DNA from: the human T2T-CHM13v2.0 reference genome, Homo sapiens
Strand: one strand, 5' to 3'
DNA: 64,000 bases
Assembly (NCBI RefSeq): GCF_009914755.1
Contig: NC_060938.1
Under the pieces are notes generated by a model, which made no database searches, was not told the origin of the DNA, and saw only the letters and a list, made by a program, of their open reading frames with translations. Positions 35,801-47,800 of the stretch are shown here, piece by piece. Positions within the stretch are counted from its first letter, which is position 1; each line of letters opens with the position of its first letter. A program made the position numbers and the translations under genes.

Positions 35801-38800
35801 TACAAAAAGAGTGTTTCAAAACTGCTCTGTGAAAAGAAAGGTTCAACTCTGTTAGTTGAGTACACACATCACAAACAAGTTTCACAGAATGCTTCTTTCT
35901 AGCTTGTAGGGGAAGATATTCCCTTTATCACCATGGGCCTCCAACCGTCCGAAACATCCACTTCCATATACTACAAAAAGAGCGTTTCAAACCTGCTCTA
36001 TGAAAGGCAATGTTCAACTCTGTGACTTGAATGCAGACATCACAGAGCAGTTTCTGAGAATGCTTCTGTCTAGATTTTATAGGAAGATATTCCCGTTTCC
36101 AACGAAATCTTCACAGCTATCCAAATATCCACTTGCAGATTCTACAAAAAGAGTGTATCAAAACTGCTCTGTCAAAAGGAAGGTTCTTCTCTGTTAGGTG
36201 AGTGCATACGTCATAAAGGAGTTTCTGAGAATGTTTCTGTCTAGTGGTTATGGGAAGATATTTGCTTTTTCACCGTAGGCCTCAGAGCGCTCCAAATATC
36301 CACTTGCACATACTACAAAAAGAGTGCTTCAAAGCTGCTCTCTGAAACGGAATGTTCAACTCTATGAGTTGAATGCAAACATCACAAAGACGTTTCTGAG
36401 AATGCTTCTGTCTAGATTTGATATGAAGATATTCCCGTTTCCAACGAAATCTTCAAATCTATCCAAATGTCCACTTGCAGATTCAACAAAAAGTGTTTTT
36501 CAGAACTGCTCTATCAAAAGAAAGATCCACCTCTGTTAGCTGAGTTCACACATCACAAACAAGTTTATGAGAATGCTTCTGTCTAGTTTTTATTTGAAGA
36601 TATTTCCTTTCTCACCATAGAGCTGAAAGCTGTCCTAATGTTCACTTCCAGATACTACAGAAAGAGTGTTTCAAAACTGCTGTACGAAAGGGAATGTTCA
36701 ACTCTGTGACTTGAATGCACACATCACAAAGAAGTTTCTGAGGATGCTGCTGTCTACTTTTTATACGTAATCCCGTTTCCAACGAAATCCTCCAAGCTAT
36801 CCAAATATCCACTTGCAGATTCCACAGAAAGACTGTTTCAAAACTGCTCTGTCAATAGAAAGGTTCAACTCTGTTAGCTGCGTGCATATATCCCAAAGAA
36901 GATTCTGAGATTGCTTCTGTCTAGTTTTTATGGGAAGATATTTCCCTTTTCACCGTAGGCGTCAAGGCGCTCCAAATGTCCACTTCCAGATACTACAAAA
37001 AGAGTGTTTCAAACCTACTCTGTGAAAGGGAATATTCAACTCTGTGACTTGAATGCACATATCACAAGGAAGTTTCTGAGAATGCTTCTGTCGAGATTTT
37101 ATATGAAGATATTCCCGTTTCCAAAGAAATCCTGAAATCTGTCCAAATATCCCCTTGCAGATTCTACAAAAAGAGTGTTTCAAAACTGCTCTGTAAAAAG
37201 AAAGGTTCAACTCTGTTAGTTGAGTACACACATCACAAACAAGTTTCACAGAATGCTTCTTTCTAGCTTGTAGGGGAAGATATTCCCTTTATCACCATGG
37301 GCCTCAAACCGTCCGATAAGTCCACTTCCATATACTACAAAAAGAGCGTTTCAAACCTGCTCTATGAAAGGCAATGTTCAACTCTGTGACTTGAATGCAG
37401 ACATCACAGAGCAGTTTCTGAGAATGCTTCTGTCTAGATTTTATAGGAAGATATTCCCGTTTCCAACGAAATCTTCACAGCTATCCAAATATCCACTTGC
37501 AGATTCTACAAAAAGAGTGTATCAAAACTGCTCTGTCAAAAGGAAGGTTCTTCTCTGTTAGGTGAGTGCATACGTCATAAAGGAGTTTCTGAGAATGTTT
37601 CTGTCTAGTGGTTATGGGAAGATATTTGCTTTTTCACCGTAGGCCTCAGAGCGCTCCAAATATCCACTTGCACATACTACAAAAAGAGTGCCTCAAAGCT
37701 GCTCTCTGAAACGGAATGTTCAACTCTATGAGTTGAATGCAAACATCGCAAAGACGTTTCTGAGAATGCTTCTGTCTAGATTTGATATGAAGATATTCCC
37801 GTTTCCAACGAAATCTTCAAATCTATCCAAATGTCCACTTGCAGATTCAACAAAAAGTGTTTTTCAGAACTGCTCTATCAAAAGAAAGATCCACCTCTGT
37901 TAGCTGAGTTCACACATCACAAACAAGTTTATGAGAATGCTTCTGTCTAGTTTTTATTTGAAGATATTTCCTTTCTCACCATAGAGCTGAAAGCTGTCCT
38001 AATGTTCACTTCCAGATACTACAGAAAGAGTGTTTCAAAACTGCTGTACGAAAGGGAATGTTCAACTATGTGACTTGAATGCACACATCACAAAGAAGTT
38101 TCTGAGGATGCTGCTGTCTACTTTTTATACGTAATCCCGTTTCCAACGAAATCCTCCAAGCTATCCAAATATCCACTTGCAGATTCCACAGAAAGACTGT
38201 TTCAAAACTGCTCTGTCAATAGAAAGGTTCAACTCTGTTAGCTGCGTGCATATATCCCAAAGAAGATTCTGAGATTGCTTCTGTCTAGTTTTTATGGGAA
38301 GATATTTCCCTTTTCACCGTAGGCGTCAAGGCGCTCCAAATGTCCACTTCCAGATACTACAAAAAGAGTGTTTCAAACCTACTCTGTGAAAGGGAATATT
38401 CAACTCTGTGACTTGAATGCACATATCACAAAGAAGTTTCTGAGAATGCTTCTGTCGAGATTTTATATGAAGATATTCCCGTTTCCAACGAAATGCTGAA
38501 ATCTATCCAAATATCCCCTCGCAGATTCTACAAAAAGAGTGTTTCAAAACTGCTCTGTGAAAAGAAAGGTTCAACTCTGTTAGTTGAGTACACACATCAC
38601 AAACAAGTTTCACAGAATGCTTCTTTCTAGCTTGTAGGGGAAGATATTCCCTTTATCACCATGGGCCTCCAACCGTCCGAAACATCCACTTCCATATACT
38701 ACAAAAAGAGCGTTTCAAACCTGCTCTATGAAAGGCAATGTTCAACTCTGTGACTTGAATGCAGACATCACAGAGCAGTTTCTGAGAATGCTTCTGTCTA

Positions 38801-41800
38801 GATTTTATAGGAAGATATTCCCGTTTCCAACGAAATCTTCACAGCTATCCAAATATCCATTGCAGATTCTACAAAAAGAGTGTATCAAAACTGCTCTGTC
38901 AAAAGGAAGGTTCTTCTCTGTTAGGTGAGTGCATACGTCATAAAGGAGTTTCTGAGAATGTTTCTGTCTAGTGGTTATGGGAAGATATTTGCTTTTTCAC
39001 CGTAGGCCTCAGAGCGCTCCAAATATCCACTTGCACATACTACAAAAAGAGTGCTTCAAAGCTGCTCTCTGAAACGGAATGTTCAACTCTATGAGTTGAA
39101 TGCAAACATCACAAAGACGTTTCTGAGAATGCTTCTGTCTAGATTTGATATGAAGATATTCCCGTTTCCAACGAAATCTTCAAATCTATCCAAATGTCCA
39201 CTTGCAGATTCAACAAAAAGTGTTTTTCAGAACTGCTCTATCAAAAGAAAGATCCACCTCTGTTAGCTGAGTTCACACATCACAAACAAGTTTATGAGAA
39301 TGCTTCTGTCTAGTTTTTATTTGAAGATATTTCCTTTCTCACCATAGAGCTGAAAGCTGTCCTAATGTTCACTTCCAGATACTACAGAAAGAGTGTTTCA
39401 AAACTGCTGTACGAAAGGGAATGTTCAACTCTGTGACTTGAATGCACACATCACAAAGAAGTTTCTGAGGATGCTGCTGTCTACTTTTTATACGTAATCC
39501 CGTTTCCAACGAAATCCTCCAAGCTATCCAAATATCCACTTGCAGATTCCACAGAAAGACTGTTTCAAAACTGCTCTGTCAATAGAAAGGTTCAACTCTG
39601 TTAGCTGCGTGCATATATCCCAAAGAAGATTCTGAGATTGCTTCTGTCTAGTTTTTATGGGAAGATATTTCCCTTTTCACCGTAGGCGTCAAGGCGCTCC
39701 AAATGTCCACTTCCAGATACTACAAAAAGAGTGTTTCAAACCTACTCTGTGAAAGGGAATATTCAACTCTGTGACTTGAATGCACATATCACAAGGAAGT
39801 TTCTGAGAATGCTTCTGTCGAGATTTTATATGAAGATATTCCCGTTTCCAACGAAATCCTGAAATGTATCCAAATATCCCCTCGCAGATTCTACAAAAAG
39901 AGTGTTTCAAAACTGCTCTGTAAAAAGAAAGGTTCAACTCTGTTAGTTGAGTACACACATCACAAACAAGTTTCACAGAATGCTTCTTTCTAGCTTGTAG
40001 GGGAAGATTCCCCTTTATCACCGTGGTCCTCAAACCGTCCGAAAAGTCCACTTCCCTATACTACAAAAAGAGCGTTTCAAACCTGCTGTATGAAAGGCAA
40101 TGTTCAACTCTGTGACTTGAATGCAGACATCACAGAGCAGTTTCTGAGAATGCTTCTGTCTAGATTTTATAGGAAGATATTCCCGTTTCCAACGAAATCT
40201 TCACAGCTATCCAAATATCCACTTGCAGATTCTACAAAAAGAGTGTATCAAAACTGCTCTGTCAAAAGGAAGGTTCTTTTCTGTTAGGTGAGTGCATACG
40301 TCATAAAGGAGTTTCTGAGAATGTTTCTGTCTAGTGGTTATGGGAAGATATTTGCTTTTTCACCGTAGGCCTCAGAGCGCTCCAAATATCCACTTGCACA
40401 TACTACAAAAAGAGTGCCTCAAACTGCTCTCTGAAACGGAATGTTCAACTCTATGAGTTGAATGCAAACATCGCAAAGACGTTTCTGAGAATGCTTCTGT
40501 CTAGATTTGATATGAAGATATTCCCGTTTCCAACGAAATCTTCAAATCTATCCAAATGTCCACTTGCAGATTCAACAAAAAGTGTTTTTCAGAACTGCTC
40601 TATCAAAAGAAAGATCCACCTCTGTTAGCTGAGTTCACACATCACAAACAAGTTTATGAGAATGCTTCTGTCTAGTTTTTATTTGAAGATATTTCCTTTC
40701 TCACCATAGAGCTGAAAGCTGTCCTAATGTTCACTTCCAGATACTACAGAAAGAGTGTTTCAAAACTGCTGTACGAAAGGGAATGTTCAACTCTGTGACT
40801 TGAATGCACACATCACAAAGAAGTTTCTGAGGATGCTGCTGGCTACTTTTTATACGTAATCCCGTTTCCAACGAAATCCTCCAAGCTATCCAAATATCCA
40901 CTTGCAGATTCCACAGAAAGACTGTTTCAAAACTGCTCTGTCAATAGAAAGGTTCAACTCTGTTAGCTGCGTGCATATATCCCAAAGAAGATTCTGAGAT
41001 TGCTTCTGTCTAGTTTTTATGGGAAGATATTTCCCTTTTCACCGTAGGCGTCAAGGCGCTCCAAATGTCCACTTCCAGATACTACAAAAAGAGTGTTTCA
41101 AACCTACTCTGTGAAAGGGAATATTCAACTCTGTGACTTGAATGCACATATCACAAAGAAGTTTCTGAGAATGCTTCTGTCGAGATTTTATATGAAGATA
41201 TTCCCGTTTCCAACGAAATCCTGAAATGTATCCAAATATCCCCTCGCAGATTCTACAAAAAGAGTGTTTCAAAACTGCTCTGTGAAAAGAAAGGTTCAAC
41301 TCTGTTAGTTGAGTACACACATCACAAACAAGTTTCACAGAATGCTTCTTTCTAGCTTGTAGGGGAAGATATTCCCTTTATCACCATGGGCCTCCAACCG
41401 TCCGAAACATCCACTTCCATATACTACAAAAAGAGCGTTTCAAACCTGCTCTATGAAAGGCAATGTTCAACTCTGTGACTTGAATGCAGACATCACAGAG
41501 CAGTTTCTGAGAATGCTTCTGTCTAGATTTTATAGGAAGATATTCCCGTTTCCAACGAAATCTTCACAGCTATCCAAATATCCACTTGCAGATTCTACAA
41601 AAAGAGTGTATCAAAACTGCTCTGTCAAAAGGAAGGTTCTTTTCTGTTAGGTGAGTGCATACGTCATAAAGGAGTTTCTGAGAATGTTTCTGTCTAGTGG
41701 TTATGGGAAGATATTTGCTTTTTCACCGTAGGCCTCAGAGCGCTCCAAATATCCACTTGCACATACTACAAAAAGAGTGCCTCAAACTGCTCTCTGAAAC

Positions 41801-44800
41801 GGAATGTTCAACTCTATGAGTTGAATGCAAACATCGCAAAGACGTTTCTGAGAATGCTTCTGTCTAGATTTGATATGAAGATATTCCCGTTTCCAACGAA
41901 ATCTTCAAATCTATCCAAATGTCCACTTGCAGATTCAACAAAAAGTGTTTTTCAGAACTGCTCTATCAAAAGAAAGATCCACCTCTGTTAGCTGAGTTCA
42001 CACATCACAAACAAGTTTATGAGAATGCTTCTGTCTAGTTTTTATTTGAAGATATTTCCTTTCTCACCATAGAGCTGAAAGCTGTCCTAATGTTCACTTC
42101 CAGATACTACAGAAAGAGTGTTTCAAAACTGCTGTACGAAAGGGAATGTTCAACTCTGTGACTTGAATGCACACATCACAAAGAAGTTTCTGAGGATGCT
42201 GCTGGCTACTTTTTATACGTAATCCCGTTTCCAACGAAATCGTCCAAGCTATCCAAATATCCACTTGCAGATTCCACAGAAAGACTGTTTCAAAACTGCT
42301 CTGTCAATAGAAAGGTTCAACTCTGTTAGCTGCGTGCATATATCCCAAAGAAGATTCTGAGATTGCTTCTGTCTAGTTTTTATGGGAAGATATTTCCCTT
42401 TTCACCGTAGGCGTCAAGGCGCTCCAAATGTCCACTTCCAGATACTACAAAAAGAGTGTTTCAAACCTACTCTGTGAAAGGGAATATTCAACTCTGTGAC
42501 TTGAATGCACATATCACAAAGAAGTTTCTGAGAATGCTTCTGTCGAGATTTTATATGAAGATATTCCCGTTTCCAACGAAATCCTGAAATGTATCCAAAT
42601 ATCCCCTCGCAGATTCTACAAAAAGAGTGTTTCAAAACTGCTCTGTGAAAAGAAAGGTTCAACTCTGTTAGTTGAGTACACACATCACAAACAAGTTTCA
42701 CAGAATGCTTCTTTCTAGCTTGTAGGGGAAGATATTCCCTTTATCACCATGGGCCTCCAACCGTCCGAAACATCCACTTCCATATACTACAAAAAGAGCG
42801 TTTCAAACCTGCTCTATGAAAGGCAATGTTCAACTCTGTGACTTGAATGCAGACATCACAGAGCAGTTTCTGAGAATGCTTCTGTCTAGATTTTATAGGA
42901 AGATATTCCCGTTTCCAACGAAATCTTCACAGCTATCCAAATATCCACTTGCAGATTCTACAAAAAGAGTGTATCAAAACTCCTCTGTCAAAAGGAAGGT
43001 TCTTTTCTGTTAGGTGAGTGCATACGTCATAAAGGAGTTTCTGAGAATGTTTCTGTCTAGTGGTTATGGGAAGATATTTGCTTTTTCACCGTAGGCCTCA
43101 GAGCGCTCCAAATATCCACTTGCACATACTACAAAAAGAGTGCCTCAAAGCTGCTCTCTGAAACGGAATGTTCAACTCTATGAGTTGAATGCAAACATCG
43201 CAAAGACGTTTCTGAGAATGCTTCTGTCTAGATTTGATATGAAGATATTCCCGTTTCCAACGAAATCTTCAAATCTATCCAAATGTCCACTTGCAGATTC
43301 AACAAAAAGTGTTTTTCAGAACTGCTCTATCAAAAGAAAGATCCACCTCTGTTAGCTGAGTTCACACATCACAAACAAGTTTATGAGAATGCTTCTGTCT
43401 AGTTTTTATTTGAAGATATTTCCTTTCTCACCATAGAGCTGAAAGCTGTCCTAATGTTCACTTCCAGATACTACAGAAAGAGTGTTTCAAAACTGCTGTA
43501 CGAAAGGGAATGTTCAACTCTGTGACTTGAATGCACACATCACAAAGAAGTTTCTGAGGATGCTGCTGTCTACTTTTTATACGTAATCCCGTTTCCAACG
43601 AAATCCTCCAAGCTATCCAAATATCCACTTGCAGATTCCACAGAAAGACTGTTTCAAAACTGCTCTGTCAATAGAAAGGTTCAACTCTGTTAGCTGCGTG
43701 CATATATCCCAAAGAAGATTCTGAGATTGCTTCTGTCTAGTTTTTATGGGAAGATATTTCCCTTTTCACCGTAGGCGTCAAGGCGCTCCAAATGTCCACT
43801 TCCAGATACTACAAAAAGAGTGTTTCAAACCTACTCTGTGAAAGGGAATATTCAACTCTGTGACTTGAATGCACATATCACAAAGAAGTTTCTGAGAATG
43901 CTTCTGTCGAGATTTTATATGAAGATATTCCCGTTTCCAACGAAATCCTGAAATGTATCCAAATATCCCCTCGCAGATTCTACAAAAAGAGTGTTTCAAA
44001 ACTGCTCTGTGAAAAGAAAGGTTCAACTCTGTTAGTTGAGTACACACATCACAAACAAGTTTCACAGAATGCTTCTTTCTAGCTTGTAGGGGAAGATATT
44101 CCCTTTATCACCATGGGCCTCCAACCGTCCGAAACATCCACTTCCATATACTACAAAAAGAGCGTTTCAAACCTGCTCTATGAAAGGCAATGTTCAACTC
44201 TGTGACTTGAATGCAGACATCACAGAGCAGTTTCTGAGAATGCTTCTGTCTAGATTTTATAGGAAGATATTCCCGTTTCCAACGAAATCTTCACAGCTAT
44301 CCAAATATCCACTTGCAGATTCTACAAAAAGAGTGTATCAAAACTGCTCTGTCAAAAGGAAGGTTCTTTTCTGTTAGGTGAGTGCATACGTCATAAAGGA
44401 GTTTCTGAGAATGTTTCTGTCTAGTGGTTATGGGAAGATATTTGCTTTTTCACCGTAGGCCTCAGAGCGCTCCAAATATCCACTTGCACATACTACAAAA
44501 AGAGTGCCTCAAAGCTGCTCTCTGAAACGGAATGTTCAACTCTATGAGTTGAATGCAAACATCGCAAAGACGTTTCTGAGAATGCTTCTGTCTAGATTTG
44601 ATATGAAGATATTCCCGTTTCCAACGAAATCTTCAAATCTATCCAAATGTCCACTTGCAGATTCAACAAAAAGTGTTTTTCAGAACTGCTCTATCAAAAG
44701 AAAGATCCACCTCTGTTAGCTGAGTTCAGACATCACAAACAAGTTTATGAGAATGCTTCTGTCTAGTTTTTATTTGAAGATATTTCCTTTCTCACCATAG

Positions 44801-47800
44801 ACCTGAAAGCTGTCCTAATGTTCACTTCCAGTTACTACAGAAAGAGTGTTTCAAAACTGCTGTACGAAAGGGAATGTTCAACTCTGTGACTTGAATGCAC
44901 ACATCACAAAGAAGTTTCTGAGGATGCTGCTGGCTACTTTTTATACTTAATCCCGTTTCCAACGAAATCCTCCAAGCTATCCAAATATCCACTTGCAGAT
45001 TCCACAGAAAGACTGTTTCAAAACTGCTCTGTCAATAGAAAGGTTCAACTCTGTTAGCTGCGTGCATATATCCCAAAGAAGATTCTGAGATTGCTTCTGT
45101 CTAGTTTTTATGGGAAGATATTTCCCTTTTCACCGTAGGCGTCAAGGCGCTCCAAATGTCCACTTCCAGATACTACAAAAAGAGTGTTTCAAACCTACTC
45201 TGTGAAAGGGAATATTCAACTCTGTGACTTGAATGCACATATCACAAGGAAGTTTCTGAGAATGCTTCTGTCGAGATTTTATATGAAGATATTCCCGTTT
45301 CCAACGAAATCCTGAAATGTATCCAAATATCCCCTCGCAGATTCTACAAAAAGAGTGTTTCAAAACTGCTCTGTAAAAAGAAAGGTTCAACTCTGTTAGT
45401 TGAGTACACACATCACAAACAAGTTTCACAGAATGCTTCTTTCTAGCTTGTAGGGGAAGATATTCCCTTTATCACCATGGGCCTCCAACCGTCCGAAACA
45501 TCCACTTCCATATACTACAAAAAGAGCGTTTCAAACCTGCTCTATGAAAGGCAATGTTCAACTCTGTGACTTGAATGCAGACATCACAGAGCAGTTTCTG
45601 AGAATGCTTCTGTCTAGATTTTATAGGAAGATATTCCCGTTTCCAACGAAATCTTCACAGCTATCCAAATATCCACTTGCAGATTCTACAAAAAGAGTGT
45701 ATCAAAACTGCTCTGTCAAAAGGAAGGTTCTTTTCTGTTAGGTGAGTGCATACGTCATAAAGGAGTTTCTGAGAATGTTTCTGTCTAGTGGTTATGGGAA
45801 GATATTTGCTTTTTCACCGTAGGCCTCAGAGCGCTCCAAATATCCACTTGCACATACTACAAAAAGAGTGCCTCAAACTGCTCTCTGAAACGGAATGTTC
45901 AACTCTATGAGTTGAATGCAAACATCGCAAAGACGTTTCTGAGAATGCTTCTGTCTAGATTTGATATGAAGATATTCCCGTTTCCAACGAAATCTTCAAA
46001 TCTATCCAAATGTCCACTTGCAGATTCAACAAAAAGTGTTTTTCAGAACTGCTCTATCAAAAGAAAGATCCACCTCTGTTAGCTGAGTTCACACATCACA
46101 AACAAGTTTATGAGAATGCTTCTGTCTAGTTTTTATTTGAAGATATTTCCTTTCTCACCATAGAGCTGAAAGCTGTCCTAATGTTCACTTCCAGATACTA
46201 CAGAAAGAGTGTTTCAAAACTGCTGTACGAAAGGGAATGCTCAACTCTGTGACTTGAATGCACACATCACAAAGAAGTTTCTGAGGATGCTGCTGGCTAC
46301 TTTTTATACGTAATCCCGTTTCCAACGAAATCCTCCAAGCTATCCAAATATCCACTTGCAGATTCCACAGAAAGACTTTTTCAAAACTGCTCTGTCAATA
46401 GAAAGGTTCAACTCTGTTAGCTGCGTGCATATATCCCAAAGAAGATTCTGAGATTGCTTCTGTCTAGTTTTTATGGGAAGATATTTCCCTTTTCACCGTA
46501 GGCGTCAATGCGCTCCAAATGTCCACTTCCAGATACTACAAAAAGAGTGTTTCAAACCTACTCTGTGAAAGGGAATATTCAACTCTGTGACTTGAATGCA
46601 CATATCACAAAGAAGTTTCTGAGAATGCTTCTGTCGAGATTTTATATGAAGATATTCCCGTTTCCAACGAAATCCTGAAATGTATCCAAATATCCCCTCG
46701 CAGATTCTACAAAAAGAGTGTTTCAAAACTGCTCTGTGAAAAGAAAGGTTCAACTCTGTTAGTTGAGTACACACATCACAAACAAGTTTCACAGAATGCT
46801 TCTTTCTAGCTTGTAGGGGAAGATATTCCCTTTATCACCATGGGCCTCCAACCGTCCGAAACATCCACTTCCATATACTACAAAAAGAGCGTTTCAAACC
46901 TGCTCTATGAAAGGCAATGTTCAACTCTGTGACTTGAATGCAGACATCACAGAGCAGTTTCTGAGAATGCTTCTGTCTAGATTTTATAGGAAGATATTCC
47001 CGTTTCCAACGAAATCTTCACAGCTATCCAAATATCCACTTGCAGATTCTACAAAAAGAGTGTATCAAAACTGCTCTGTCAAAAGGAAGGTTCTTTTCTG
47101 TTAGGTGAGTGCATACGTCATAAAGGAGTTTCTGAGAATGTTTCTGTCTAGTGGTTATGGGAAGATATTTGCTTTTTCACCGTAGGCCTCAGAGCGCTCC
47201 AAATATCCACTTGCACATACTACAAAAAGAGTGCCTCAAAGCTGCTCTCTGAAACGGAATGTTCAACTCTATGAGTTGAATGCAAACATCGCAAAGACGT
47301 TTCTGAGAATGCTTCTGTCTAGATTTGATATGAAGATATTCCCGTTTCCAACGAAATCTTCAAATCTATCCAAATGTCCACTTGCAGATTCAACAAAAAG
47401 TGTTTTTCAGAACTGCTCTATCAAAAGAAAGATCCACCTCTGTTAGCTGAGTTCAGACATCACAAACAAGTTTATGAGAATGCTTCTGTCTAGTTTTTAT
47501 TTGAAGATATTTCCTTTCTCACCATAGACCTGAAAGCTGTCCTAATGTTCACTTCCAGTTACTACAGAAAGAGTGTTTCAAAACTGCTGTACGAAAGGGA
47601 ATGTTCAACTCGGTGACTTGAATGCACACATCACAAAGAAGTTTCTGAGGATGCTGCTGTCTACTTTTTATACTTAATCCCGTTTCCAACGAAATCCTCC
47701 AAGCTATCCAAATATCCACTTGCAGATTCCACAGAAAGACTGTTTCAAAACTGCTCTGTCAATAGAAAGGTTCAACTCTGTTAGCTGCGTGCATATATCC

